Of a stretch of DNA of 64,000 nt, positions 27,852 through 36,540 are shown one piece after another. The DNA comes from Longimicrobium sp. GTDB taxonomy: Bacteria; Gemmatimonadota; Gemmatimonadetes; Longimicrobiales; Longimicrobiaceae. Below the pieces are notes generated by a model. It ran no database searches and was not told the DNA's origin. It worked only from the letters and a program-made list of their open reading frames with translations. The DNA lies in contig DASWNZ010000208.1 of assembly GCA_036398975.1 (NCBI GenBank), positions 292-64,291 on the forward strand, written 5' to 3'. The translations under genes and the position numbers were made by a program. The first letter of the stretch is position 1. Every line of letters begins with the position of its first letter.

Positions 27852-27954
27852 CGGGCACGGGCAGCCACGTGGGGCGGCCCCTACGGGATTGGGGTGCGTG
27901 GGCGGAGGTTGGGGTGCGGCAGGCGGTGGGCAGACACGCAGGTCTGCCCCTACC
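27852..27954. repeat. R4 double-hairpin repeat
   Basis: CACGGGCAGCCACGTGGGGCGGCCCCTACGGGATTGGGG...GGGCAGACACGCAGGTCTGCCCCTACC. Confidence 0.85.
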
Positions 27955-28040
27955 AGATCGAATCGCACCGCGGGGGTTGAGGCACGGCGGAGGGCGCCCG
28001 CGGTGAATCGCGCTCGGCACCGCGCAGGGATGGACACGTG

Positions 28041-28101
28041 CGCCCCTCCCCCAGGCAGTTATTGGGGGAGGGGCCGCGAGGAACGAGCGGGGGAGGGGGC
28101 C
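28041..28101. repeat. R6 repeat
   Basis: CGCCCCTCCCCCAGGCAGTTATTGGGGGAGGGGCCGCGAGGAACGAGCGGGGGAGGGGGCC. Confidence 0.85.
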
Positions 28102-28199
28102 CGCGGAACCCAACGCGCGTTCCGTTGTACCGAGTGCATCGTGAGCCGCGGCCGTAAGTGCTTTGGCGGCGGGTCTTTGTGCGCTCCAAGGGGGTGAGG

Positions 28200-29084
28200 A
28201 TGGATCGGGACTACCTGGTGCGCGCCACCGCTCTCGACGAGCGGGTGCGCGCGTTTGCATTGAACGCCACGGGAATCGTGTCCGAGCTGCGCCGGCGCCA
28301 CGACACCTCGCCCGTCGTGACGGCGGCGCTGGGGCGTACGGCCATGGGCGCGCTCCTCATCGCCGCGGCCACGCTCAAGGAAGAGGAGCAGCTCCTTACC
28401 GTGGACGTAAAGGGCGACGGGCCGGCAGGGCGCATCATCGTGACCGCCAACGGGCGCGGCGAGGTGCGCGGGCTGGTGGGCAACCCCCACGCGGACGCGG
28501 AGAGCGCCGGCGAGAAGCTGAACGTGGCCGGCGTGGTCGGTTCCACCGGCTTCCTCTCCGTCACCAAGCACCTGGGGATGAAGGACTCCTACCAGGGCAC
28601 GGTTGCGCTCGTTTCGGGCGAGATCGGCGACGACCTCACCTACTACCTGGCGCAGAGCGAGCAGACGCCCTCGGCCGTCGGCGTGGGCGTGTTCACGCAG
28701 CAGGACGCCAGCGTGGTGGCCGGCGGCTACATGATACAGCTCCTGCCGGGGCTGTCGGAGAAGGAGATCGCCGCCATCGAGGAGCGGATCGCGGGCCTTC
28801 CGCATCCCACACGGCTGCTGCGCGAGGGCTCCACGCCGGAGCAGATCCTGGAGCGCATCTTCCCCGAGGGCTACACCCTGGGCGACAGCCAGCCGATCCG
28901 CTTCCACTGCCCCTGCTCGCGCGAGCGCTTCGAGTCCGCCATCGTGAGCCTGGGGCAGGACGAGGTGCGGCGCCTCATCGAGGAGGAAGAGGAGCCGTAC
29001 ACCGAGGTGGTCTGCCACTTCTGCAACGAGTCGTACCGCTACAGCCCGCACGAGATGGAAGCCATCCTGGAAGCGGCGCGCTGA
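28200..29084 (+). CDS. hslO: Hsp33 redox-regulated chaperone
   Basis: ORF 28158..29084, with the start set to ATG 28200 after AAGGGGGTGAGG. C-terminal zinc centre HCPCS...CHFCNESY. SEQTPSAVGVGV motif. Confidence 0.9.
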   Translation: MDRDYLVRATALDERVRAFALNATGIVSELRRRHDTSPVVTAALGRTAMGALLIAAATLKEEEQLLTVDVKGDGPAGRIIVTANGRGEVRGLVGNPHADAESAGEKLNVAGVVGSTGFLSVTKHLGMKDSYQGTVALVSGEIGDDLTYYLAQSEQTPSAVGVGVFTQQDASVVAGGYMIQLLPGLSEKEIAAIEERIAGLPHPTRLLREGSTPEQILERIFPEGYTLGDSQPIRFHCPCSRERFESAIVSLGQDEVRRLIEEEEEPYTEVVCHFCNESYRYSPHEMEAILEAAR

Positions 29085-29096
29085 GGGGTCTTTACC

Positions 29097-29143
29097 CGGA
29101 AAAGAAAACGGCCGGCGAGCGCATCCATGCGCGCGCCGGCCGT
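29097..29143 (-). terminator. intrinsic terminator (strong on the minus strand, shared by convergent hslO)
   Basis: ACGGCCGGCG...CGCCGGCCGT 10-bp stem. On the minus strand it is followed by TTTTCTTTTCC. Lies between hslO stop 29084 and lipoprotein stop 29156. Confidence 0.75.
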
Positions 29144-29155
29144 CTTGCATTCCCG

Positions 29156-29572
29156 CTACCTCACGATGGAGGCGGATCGCAGGTTCTCGGCGGTGTAGAT
29201 GACGCCGGCATCGTTCGCGATCGTCCCGATCTCGATGTAAGTCGGGTAGCCGTGCTCCTCGTCGTAGCGCACGATGAGGTTCTTCTCGCCATTGCGGCGC
29301 GCCTCCTCGATGCGTTCGACGAGGTCCTCGATGGTCGGCCAATCCGCGTTCGGCAGGTTCGTGACGTTCTCCCCGCTCGGGCGCTTGAAGACTCCCGCGA
29401 CCACGCCGGCACGCACGTGTATCGTAACCGGCGCGGTAACCTGGCTTCCACAGAAGCAGGTCCTCTGGAAGTCGTACAGGTACTCCGACCGGTCCCAGGC
29501 GGCGGTGGGATCGCGCGAGCACCCCGCGACGGCCATCAGGGCGATGCAGAGCAGAACAAGCTTCAGGCGCAT
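29156..29572 (-). CDS. lipoprotein, DUF6174-like (tentative)
   Basis: Start taken at MRLKLVLLCIALMAVAGC (lipobox) inside ORF 29156..29761. YDFQRTCFCG motif. The family assignment is from memory only. Confidence 0.6.
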   Translation of the reverse strand: MRLKLVLLCIALMAVAGCSRDPTAAWDRSEYLYDFQRTCFCGSQVTAPVTIHVRAGVVAGVFKRPSGENVTNLPNADWPTIEDLVERIEEARRNGEKNLIVRYDEEHGYPTYIEIGTIANDAGVIYTAENLRSASIVR

Positions 29573-29694
29573 GGGCGGCTCCAGGGCAGAGGGTTCGAAA
29601 GGCAAACGCCTACCAGGAGAACGCCCCAGCCCCGCCCAAAATGCACACCCTCCTTCCCTTCTTTCCGTTCCGCAGCTCTGTGTGAAACCGCCGT

Positions 29695-30165
29695 TCACGC
29701 CGCGAGCGCCTCGCGAATCTCGTCGAACGGGGGCAGCAGGCTGGGATTGCTGCTGTGCCACACGTAGCGCACCGTACGGTCCGGGTTCACCACGAACACC
29801 GAGCGGTCAGACACGTCGCGCAGCCCCGGCCCAAGCGGCGCCTCGCGCAGCACCCCGAACGCGCGGCTCGCCTCGCGGTTGAAGTCCGAGAGGAAGAGGT
29901 AGTCCGCGCCGATCTCGTTGCGGAAGCGGTCCAGCACGAACGGCGAATCGACGCTGATCGCCGCCACCTGCGCGCCCAGCTCGTTGTACACGGCCAGGTC
30001 GTCGCGAAAGGTGCACAGCTCCTCGGTGCAGGTGCTGGTGAAGGCCAGCGGAAAGAAGACCACCACCGTCGCCTGGCCGCCGTAGAGGGAGCCCAGCGAC
30101 ACCTGCTGGTTGTCGTGCGCCGGAAGGGTCACGTCGGGTGCCTGATCGCCAATCTGAAGCGGCAT
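29695..30165 (-). CDS. peroxiredoxin (AhpC/TSA family, AhpE/Bcp-like)
   Basis: 156 aa. VVFFPLAFTSTCTEELC peroxidatic-Cys motif. Confidence 0.85.
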   Translation of the reverse strand: MPLQIGDQAPDVTLPAHDNQQVSLGSLYGGQATVVVFFPLAFTSTCTEELCTFRDDLAVYNELGAQVAAISVDSPFVLDRFRNEIGADYLFLSDFNREASRAFGVLREAPLGPGLRDVSDRSVFVVNPDRTVRYVWHSSNPSLLPPFDEIREALAA

Positions 30166-30223
30166 GTAGCGGTTTCCTTCGTGCGTTGTATGGTGAGATC
30201 GGGCGCCGGCGCGGCGCCCCTCG

Positions 30224-30679
30224 TCAGTCCGGATCCAGCAGCCGCAGCGTGGTGAGGGCCAGGCGCACGGTGTCGCGCTCCTTCTCCTCCTCCCCGGCCG
30301 GGCAGAAGTAGGTGGCGAAGCAGATCGCCCCCGGCGTCGTCGCCACGCCTACCATCCAGAAGAGCGACTCGCCGTCGTCCTCGTCCTCGCTCGTGAACTC
30401 GCACAGCGCGAGTTCGCTTCCGTCCTCCAACGGCACGTCCTCCACCTCGTCCTCCTCCAGCTCCACGCTGCGCTCTTCCAGGAAGGCGTACAGCTCCTCG
30501 GCCGGATCGGGAAACTCGTCCGCGGAGGCCTCGAAGGCGATCAGGTGGAGCGTCCCGACGCCGTCCTCGCGCCACACCTCCGCGCCGCCGTCCTCCTCGT
30601 CGGGCGCGGCGGACCAGCCCTGGGGGATCACCAGGTCGAACCTGCCATCGGGGTCCGCGAACCGCTGCGCATCGCTCAT
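30224..30679 (-). CDS. hypothetical acidic protein (151 aa)
   Basis: ORF track, high GC3, Asp/Glu-rich. No family recognised. Confidence 0.55.
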   Translation of the reverse strand: MSDAQRFADPDGRFDLVIPQGWSAAPDEEDGGAEVWREDGVGTLHLIAFEASADEFPDPAEELYAFLEERSVELEEDEVEDVPLEDGSELALCEFTSEDEDDGESLFWMVGVATTPGAICFATYFCPAGEEEKERDTVRLALTTLRLLDPD

Positions 30680-30887
30680 GGGGTCTCTGCTATACGGGTG
30701 TGGGGGCGGCGCGGGGCAAGATGGGCGCCGCTCCCGTGGCAGGCAAGCCGTTCCGGTACACGGTCGTTGTCAGAAACGGATGGGGAGGGGCGTTCTTGGA
30801 TTCGAACGCCCGTTCGGCATCGAACGGGACCGCAGGCGCAGCGGATGATGCGTCTCCACTCCTAGCCGGGAGGCGCTTATTCGCACC

Positions 30888-31040
30888 TTGAGTGTCAGTC
30901 TTGTGGCGGTCGCGGCCCTCGTGGCCAGCTTCGCGGTCGTGATCCAGCGTCAGGACGAGCCGGACCGGCTTCGCGAGCGGCGCGCCGAGCCTTCCCCGCC
31001 GGCCGTCGACCTGGACCAGCTCCGCAGCGCGGGCCTGTAA
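30888..31040 (+). CDS. possible small membrane-anchored protein (about 50 aa)
   Basis: Below the ORF-track size cutoff. Frame is open from 30849. TTG at 30888 gives LSVSLVAVAALVASFAVVIQRQDEPDRLRERRAEPSPPAVDLDQLRSAGL. High GC3, GGGAGG at 30868, and followed by a canonical terminator. The start is uncertain. Confidence 0.35.
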   Translation: MSVSLVAVAALVASFAVVIQRQDEPDRLRERRAEPSPPAVDLDQLRSAGL

Positions 31041-31074
31041 GCCGGTCACTGCCAGGAAGGCAGAAATCAGTGAG

Positions 31075-31108
31075 GGGCCGCTCCGGCAACGGAGCGGCCC
31101 TTCTTTGT
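31075..31108 (+). terminator. intrinsic terminator
   Basis: GGGCCGCTCC ggcaac GGAGCGGCCC TTCTTTGT. Confidence 0.8.
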
Positions 31109-31267
31109 GCAATGTGAATAGATGAAGATGTTTTTCCACATTGGGTATGTTGTCATTGAACATTCCCGAGACATAACACGGGGATTGCCTAACGGACCAG
31201 GTGAGAGCTGGTCCCGGCAATACCGGTGAGTTTCTCCTCTGATTACGAGGCGAATTCGGACGCAGGG

Positions 31268-31296
31268 TTGACCTAAACCCATGCAAGCGTTATGAT
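31268..31296 (+). promoter_or_regulatory. sigma-70-like promoter of the SLT gene
   Basis: TTGACC - 17 nt - TATGAT in an AT-richer spacer, about 80 nt upstream of ATG 31381. Confidence 0.55.
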
Positions 31297-31380
31297 TAGG
31301 GCATAAGAACAACGCCGAAACGCACCGCCGCGACACAAAAGATCGCGCGCTTCGCAACGCCAAATCAGGAGACCTTCGTT

Positions 31381-32109
31381 ATGAACAACAGCGAATCGAG
31401 CCGTAACCGTTCGCGTTTTCGCAACGATACCCGCGCGCTCCTTACTTCGCGCCCGGTGCAGGTCCTCCTGGTGCTGGGGGCGATGGTGGAGGGCGCGGTG
31501 ATCCTGGGCCGCGACAGGGCGCCGGAGCCCGCGAAGCCAGTCACGATGCAGCAGGCCCTCCACGAGGCCATCAGGCCGGTGCCGGTGAAGGTGGTGGAGC
31601 ACAAGCGCCTCGAGAAGCTGGCCGACCTGGCCGTGAACGAGGACGCCCGTGAAGACGAGACGGTGGCCGAGGCGCAGAAGCTCGCCGAGAAGTACCGGAA
31701 GAGCGGCTTCAAGGTGTCGGACAGGCTGGCGCTGCAGATCCACGAGGCGGCGGTCGAGAACGGGATCAAGCCGGAAGTGGCGTTCGGGCTGGTGAAGACG
31801 GAGAGCGGGTTCAAGACGAGCGCGACGAGCCACGTGGGCGCCATCGGCCTCACGCAGCTGATGCCGGCGACGGCTCGCTGGCTGAAGCCCGGCACCACGC
31901 GCAGCGACCTCCGCGACACGGAGACGAACCTGAACATCGGCTTCAAGTACCTCGCCGACCTGATCGAGAAGTACGACGGCAACCAGAAGCTGGCGCTGCT
32001 GGCCTACAACCGCGGCCCCGGCACCGTGGACCGCCTCCTGAAGCGCGGCCGCAACCCGGACAACGGCTACGCGGACATGGTCTACGGCCGCCGGAACGGA
32101 CACCGGTAA
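31381..32109 (+). CDS. lytic transglycosylase (SLT domain) protein
   Basis: 242 aa. Catalytic ES in VKTESGF, then GAIGLTQLMP and LLAYNRGPG motifs. Confidence 0.85.
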   Translation: MNNSESSRNRSRFRNDTRALLTSRPVQVLLVLGAMVEGAVILGRDRAPEPAKPVTMQQALHEAIRPVPVKVVEHKRLEKLADLAVNEDAREDETVAEAQKLAEKYRKSGFKVSDRLALQIHEAAVENGIKPEVAFGLVKTESGFKTSATSHVGAIGLTQLMPATARWLKPGTTRSDLRDTETNLNIGFKYLADLIEKYDGNQKLALLAYNRGPGTVDRLLKRGRNPDNGYADMVYGRRNGHR

Positions 32110-32132
32110 GCATCAGTAAGCAAGGACATTTG

Positions 32133-32167
32133 AGGGGCGCCTCCCAGGTTCGGGGGCGCCCCTTTTA
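32133..32167 (+). terminator. intrinsic terminator of the SLT gene
   Basis: AGGGGCGCC tcccaggttcggg GGCGCCCCT TTT, 24 nt after the stop. Confidence 0.7.
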
Positions 32168-32216
32168 GTGCGTTAGTGCGTTAGTGCGCTAAAACCCGAT
32201 GCTGCCCCCTATTCTT

Positions 32217-32407
32217 GTCATCCTGAAGGAGCCGCCCCGCAGAAGCCTGCTGCATCCCACACTTCGGCGGCGACTGAAGGATCTAGCCGGCGAGGCAAGA
32301 GGACCGGTGCGTGAGCCGGGGCCTCTCGTCACGCGCAGTAGATCCTTCACTCCGCGCCGAAGATTGAAGCCGGGGCGAGGTCGGTGCAGCGCGTCGCTCA
32401 GGATGAC
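32217..32407. repeat. LRMT palindromic element
   Basis: GTCATCCTGAAGGAGCC...TGAAGGATCTAGCCGGCGAGGCAAGAGG...CGCAGTAGATCCTTCAC...GCTCAGGATGAC. Confidence 0.85.
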
Positions 32408-32443
32408 AAAAAAGTGCGGGGCGACCGTCGACTCGGTCGCCCC
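32406..32443 (-). terminator. intrinsic terminator of fdxA
   Basis: Minus strand reads GGGGCGACCG agtcga CGGTCGCCCC gcac TTTTTTG. Confidence 0.7.
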
Positions 32444-32471
32444 CCACTCACGCACTCACGCACTTTTCCGT

Positions 32472-32708
<237 letters not shown>

Positions 32709-32823
32709 ATGCGCTCTCTCCAACGGGTTTGGTCAGGGTCGGGTCTGGCTCCGGTGTCTTGGAGCGATACGATAACCCCCGGAACCGGGGTTGTCCATAC
32801 GCACTCGAACGATCGTTCGAAAA

Positions 32824-33678
32824 TCACTTCAGGTGAACGTCGAACCACTCCAGCGTCGCCTCCTGCGCCGTGCGCAGCGCGTCGGTAGCGCCCTGGTACG
32901 GGTGCTTCGCGCCGAAGGTGTGGTCCGCGTCCTCGATGAGCAGGAGCTCCGCGTTCTCCCCCGCCATGTCCCACAGCGTCCGCGCATCGTCCGGCGTCAC
33001 CGACGTGTCCGCCTCACCGTGGACGATCAGCCAGGGCAGGGTGAGCCGGGCCGCCGCGCGCCGGATGTCCAGCCGCTCCGTGTTCTCCTCCAGGTCGCGC
33101 AGGTAGGCCGGGCCGACGGGCATCGCCTGCCCCGTGCGCGCGTTGGTGATCTCCACGGACTCACCGTGCCGCCAGCGCCCGAGCTGCTCGTCCGTCCAGC
33201 GGTGCACGGTGGCGATGGCGTTCCACGTCACCAGGGCATCGACGCGCTCGTCCTCCGCCGCCGCCAGCGCCGCCTCCCCGCCGCCGCGCGAGTGCCCCAG
33301 CAGCCCCACGTGCTTGGGACGCTTCGGCAGCAGGCCCTTCCCGCGCACCGCATCCAGCACCATGCGGATCTCGTCGACGTTGCGGCTGTGCGTCTGCTGC
33401 GCGAAGAGGTCGAGGGCGCTGAAGTCCACCCCGTCCGCCCCCACCCCGTTGTGCGAGAAGTCGAACGACACCACCGCGTGCCCCGCCGCCGCCAGCGAGC
33501 GCGCCACGGCCGGGAAGAACCCCCACTCGCGGAACCCCTTGAACCCGTGGCAGATCACCACCGCGCTCAGCGGCCGGGTCCCCTCCTGCACGCGAAGGTC
33601 GCCGCGCACGGGCGGCCCCCCTTCGCGCGGGCGCAGCTCGAAGCGGGTGCGGGTCAGTGCGGTCGTGATCTCGGGCAT
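32824..33678 (-). CDS. alpha/beta hydrolase
   Basis: 284 aa. Nucleophile elbow GHSRGG, late Asp (HGEADTSV) and His (DADHTF). Confidence 0.8.
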   Translation of the reverse strand: MPEITTALTRTRFELRPREGGPPVRGDLRVQEGTRPLSAVVICHGFKGFREWGFFPAVARSLAAAGHAVVSFDFSHNGVGADGVDFSALDLFAQQTHSRNVDEIRMVLDAVRGKGLLPKRPKHVGLLGHSRGGGEAALAAAEDERVDALVTWNAIATVHRWTDEQLGRWRHGESVEITNARTGQAMPVGPAYLRDLEENTERLDIRRAAARLTLPWLIVHGEADTSVTPDDARTLWDMAGENAELLLIEDADHTFGAKHPYQGATDALRTAQEATLEWFDVHLK

Positions 33679-33765
33679 GTGCGGCGCGCGCGTGAATGGT
33701 GATCATCAAGATTGACTTCAGCGGACCCAGCGAGCACCTCAATGCCGGCCCAGCACCGGTACACT

Positions 33766-33836
33766 CCCCCCTCTCTCGATAACAGAGGCGCCAGCCTCTC
33801 CTGTTATCGGGAGAGGGGGGCCGGGGGGGTGAGGGC
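33766..33836. repeat. R6-variant repeat, inverted orientation
   Basis: CCCCCCTCTCTCGATAACAGAGGCGCCAGCCTCTCCTGTTATCGGGAGAGGGGGGCC...GGTGAGGGCC. Overlaps the 3' end of the DR2241 ORF. Confidence 0.8.
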
Positions 33837-34754
33837 CACCATCGGGCACCCCTCACACGGCACTTTGCGCGGGCACCCCTCGCACGGCAGCTCGCCCTCG
33901 TCCTCCGGAGCCTCGGCGGCGGCGAGGCGGACGGCCAGGTAGCGGATACGGCGCGGGTTGAGCGGATCGTCGAACTCGCCCTCGCGCACGCCGCCCAGCG
34001 TGCCGGACGCGGCGGCGGCGACGACCGCGCGGAGCTGGTTCGTCTCCTCCGCCGCCATTGGCACCAGGCCGTCGATGGGGCGGCGCGGGGCGCGCTCCAC
34101 CTTGAGCACCTGCCGCGCAAAGGAGACGAACATCGAGCACGCCTCGGGGCAGGGGACCAGCGCGTCGCCGTGCGGCGGGCCTTCGTCCGCCATCTCCAGC
34201 GGCGTCGCCTCGTCCACCTCCCAGGCGACGCGCCGCAGGCACACGGCGTCGCCGCAGCAGGCGCGCACGGTGTTCCGAACGGCATCCGTCTCCAGCAGCT
34301 TGACGGCGCCGTACATCCCGGTCTGCCGCGCCGCCGTCTCGCGCCAGTGGGTGACGCGCAGGGTGCCGGTGCGCCCCGCGTGCCAGTGCAGCGCGCAGGC
34401 GGGGTACAGGTAGTCGAGCGCGGTCCAGAGCGCGCCAACGTCCAATTCCACCAGCGCCCACCCCGCGCGCAGGTTGGGCGACGTCTTGAGCGGCCGGTGC
34501 TCCCCGTCGTCCGTCACCTGCGCGATTGCGCGCGCGGCGAACGGGTCGCGCGAGACCTCCAGCGCGTCCAGCGGAAAGCCGGCATCGCGGCGATGGCGGA
34601 TCTCGTAGCGCCCGCCGCCCGCCGCGCGGATCAGCGCCTGGAGGAAGGCGCGCCCCTCCGGCCCCGCCTCGTCCACCCACGCCGCCAGCGCCGTGCGCGC
34701 CTCCGCGATCCCGCCCAGGGCATGCGCCCCGCGCTCCTGCGGGCGGTCAGACAC
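33804..34754 (-). CDS. DR2241-family Cys-rich (putative Fe-S) protein
   Basis: 316 aa. Cys clusters ACCGDAVCLR, CPEAC and CEGCPRKVPCEGCP. Overlaps the stop of the upstream CbiX gene by 8 nt, which is the usual DR2241/CbiX pairing. The C-terminal residues read into a repeat element. Confidence 0.7.
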   Translation of the reverse strand: MSDRPQERGAHALGGIAEARTALAAWVDEAGPEGRAFLQALIRAAGGGRYEIRHRRDAGFPLDALEVSRDPFAARAIAQVTDDGEHRPLKTSPNLRAGWALVELDVGALWTALDYLYPACALHWHAGRTGTLRVTHWRETAARQTGMYGAVKLLETDAVRNTVRACCGDAVCLRRVAWEVDEATPLEMADEGPPHGDALVPCPEACSMFVSFARQVLKVERAPRRPIDGLVPMAAEETNQLRAVVAAAASGTLGGVREGEFDDPLNPRRIRYLAVRLAAAEAPEDEGELPCEGCPRKVPCEGCPMVALTPPAPLSR

Positions 34755-35553
34755 GTGCGTCCTCGAGTGCCAGGATGCCCTCTGGGACGTTCGCGCCGGC
34801 CTCGCGAGCGCGCTGCAGCACGATCTCCGCTACCTCGGGAAAGGTCCCCACCGGCGCCGCGTAGAAGATGGCGCGACCGTCCTTCTCCGTCACCGGGCTC
34901 ATCGCCGGGCGGTTGATCCCCAGGTCATCGGGGATGGTCTCCTGCGTGTGCCACCCCTCGGCCACGAAGAAGGGGACGAGCACCACGTCGCGCCCGCCCA
35001 TCTCCTCCAGCACCTCGCCGACCTCGGGCGGCTGGTCGAGGAACCCCGTCTTCACCTCGCCGAAGACGCCGGCCGCCTCCGCCTCGCGGGTGACGCGGTA
35101 GATGACCTCGGCGGAGTTGCTGTTCCGCTCCGTGCCGTGGCCGATGATGATCAGCCCCGCCCGCCGCGCCTCGGCGTCGTCCATCCCGGCGCTCTCCTCC
35201 GCGCGCCGCAGGATCATGGCCGACATCGACGGATGCGTCCCTACCGGCCCGCAGTAGCGGATCGTCTTCCCCAGCTTGCGCGTGACCGAGGGCGCCGGCC
35301 CGTCCAGCCCCAGCTCGCGGGGGATCACCTCCTCGGTGAAGTACCCTTCGGAGATGAAGAGGGGAACGACGTACACGTCCTCCGATTCCACGAGATCGAA
35401 CACCTCGCGCATGGAGGGCTCTTCCTTCCAGAAGCACTCGCGCACCTCGTCGAACGCCCCTGTGCGCCGGATGGCCTCCGCGTGGCGATAGACCGGCGCG
35501 CTCGACTCCGCGTTGAGATGCGACCCGTGCCCGATGATGATCAGCGCTTGCAA
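34747..35553 (-). CDS. cbiX: sirohydrochlorin chelatase, double CbiX domain
   Basis: In frame within ORF 34747..36072. There is no ATG, so I chose the TTG at 35553 (MQALIIIGHGSH). Second domain LIIIGHGTERNS. VVPLFISEGYF / LVPFFVAEGWH motifs. Confidence 0.75.
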   Translation of the reverse strand: MQALIIIGHGSHLNAESSAPVYRHAEAIRRTGAFDEVRECFWKEEPSMREVFDLVESEDVYVVPLFISEGYFTEEVIPRELGLDGPAPSVTRKLGKTIRYCGPVGTHPSMSAMILRRAEESAGMDDAEARRAGLIIIGHGTERNSNSAEVIYRVTREAEAAGVFGEVKTGFLDQPPEVGEVLEEMGGRDVVLVPFFVAEGWHTQETIPDDLGINRPAMSPVTEKDGRAIFYAAPVGTFPEVAEIVLQRAREAGANVPEGILALEDARV

Positions 35554-35669
35554 ATCAGCCTGCTCTTCGTGGTCGTTCCCGGACGGTTGTCCAAGATCCG
35601 TCCCAACTTGCGGGCGCCGTGTGGCGGATGCAAGCGCTCGTGGACTCCAGATTGATTTGCGCGTTGCAC

Positions 35670-35722
35670 GAGCCGGCTTTTGCCGCCTTCCCGTCGTTCC
35701 AGCCGGGGGATTCATCCCTCGG
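35670..35722. repeat. R3-related repeat
   Basis: GAGCCGGCTTTTGCCGCCTTCCCGTCGTTCCAGCCGGGGGATTCATCCCTCGG. Colinear with 49275-49328. Confidence 0.7.
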
Positions 35723-35791
35723 CAATGCGGCGCCAGTGCCCGCCGCCGCCGAGCCTGCGAAGGCAGGCTTCCCGCGGTCGTTGCAGCGGTT

Positions 35792-36202
35792 TCAACCGCC
35801 GGCCCCCGCCGCCCGCCCGCCGCAGCTCTCCGCGATCGAGCGCACCTCGCTCTGCACCGTCGTACCGGGCGTGCGCCTGCTCCCGCGCACGTTCCCCAGC
35901 ATCTCCCGCTCCCACCGCTCCCCGAAGAGGCGCAGGGTGCGTGCGTCATCCACCACCGCGTCGATCTGCAGCCAGGTACGCCTCGTCTCGCTGAGCGCAC
36001 GGGTGACGTCCCGCTCCAGCCGAATCTGGTTCGGCGGGAGGCCTTCGGACGTGGCGGCGTACCCCAGCGCACGCGCGCTCCGCTCCACGCACCCCAGCGC
36101 GTCCACCGACGCCGGCGCGTTGGCGTAGACGGTGAGGCGCGAAGCGGTCACGGAGCAGGCGGCTAGGAGCAGGGCAGGCACGAAGAGGGCGGCGCGGGTC
36201 AT
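35792..36202 (-). CDS. hypothetical lipoprotein
   Basis: Start at MTRAALFVPALLLAAC (lipobox) inside ORF 35792..36448. High GC3. Confidence 0.55.
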   Translation of the reverse strand: MTRAALFVPALLLAACSVTASRLTVYANAPASVDALGCVERSARALGYAATSEGLPPNQIRLERDVTRALSETRRTWLQIDAVVDDARTLRLFGERWEREMLGNVRGSRRTPGTTVQSEVRSIAESCGGRAAGAGG

Positions 36203-36293
36203 GGCGGACTCCAGAGGCAGGGGAAGCGGCTGCGATGATCTCTGGGACGCACAGCCCGGCGGATCTTGCACAGCTACGACCCCAGCGACTGCT

Positions 36294-36494
36294 TCACCGT
36301 GAGCCGCGGCGTCGCCCCTCTTTGGTTTCGGCCGCGGCACGAACGTGCTCGTCCTCAGAGATCTGCCTCGCGCGTTCGGCCGCTGCCAGGAGCGCATCGG
36401 CATTGGGCAGCCCAAGATCCGCGAACACGTTATCGCTCCCTTCGACAACCTCCACCCCGTTGATCACGCGGCGGGTAAGCTCGTTCTGCTCCAT
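36294..36494 (-). pseudogene. truncated HigA/XRE-like antitoxin remnant
   Basis: 66 aa. VEVVEGSDNVFADLGLPNADALLAAAERARQI resembles the N-terminal ~40 aa of GSGNVFADLGLP-type antitoxins, but the HTH part is missing. Lies between two identical 26-bp direct repeats. Confidence 0.4.
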
Positions 36495-36540
36495 GATCCC
36501 TCGTGTGGTGAACGGTACGGTCGCAGCTAGCCAGTTGTCG

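Larger units (their letters stand above)
32167..32467. repeat. OCT inverted pair enclosing an LRMT element and the fdxA terminator
   Basis: Left arm 32167-32190 AGTGCGTTAGTGCGTTAGTGCGCT. Right arm 32445-32467 CACTCACGCACTCACGCACTTTT. Confidence 0.85.

Noticed and set aside
33161-34438. 425-aa minus-strand ORF and 33853..34680(-), overlapping the hydrolase and DR2241 genes.
   Set aside because: These are alternate frames of genes with recognisable motifs and give Arg/Ala/Gly-rich products.
35554-35700. Cobalamin riboswitch upstream of cbiX.
   Set aside because: There are only vague resemblances (GCGCAAATCAATC versus GGTGCAAATCC). No B12 box is recognisable, and most of the spacer is an R3-related repeat. 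A cmsearch with RF00174 is needed to be decisive.
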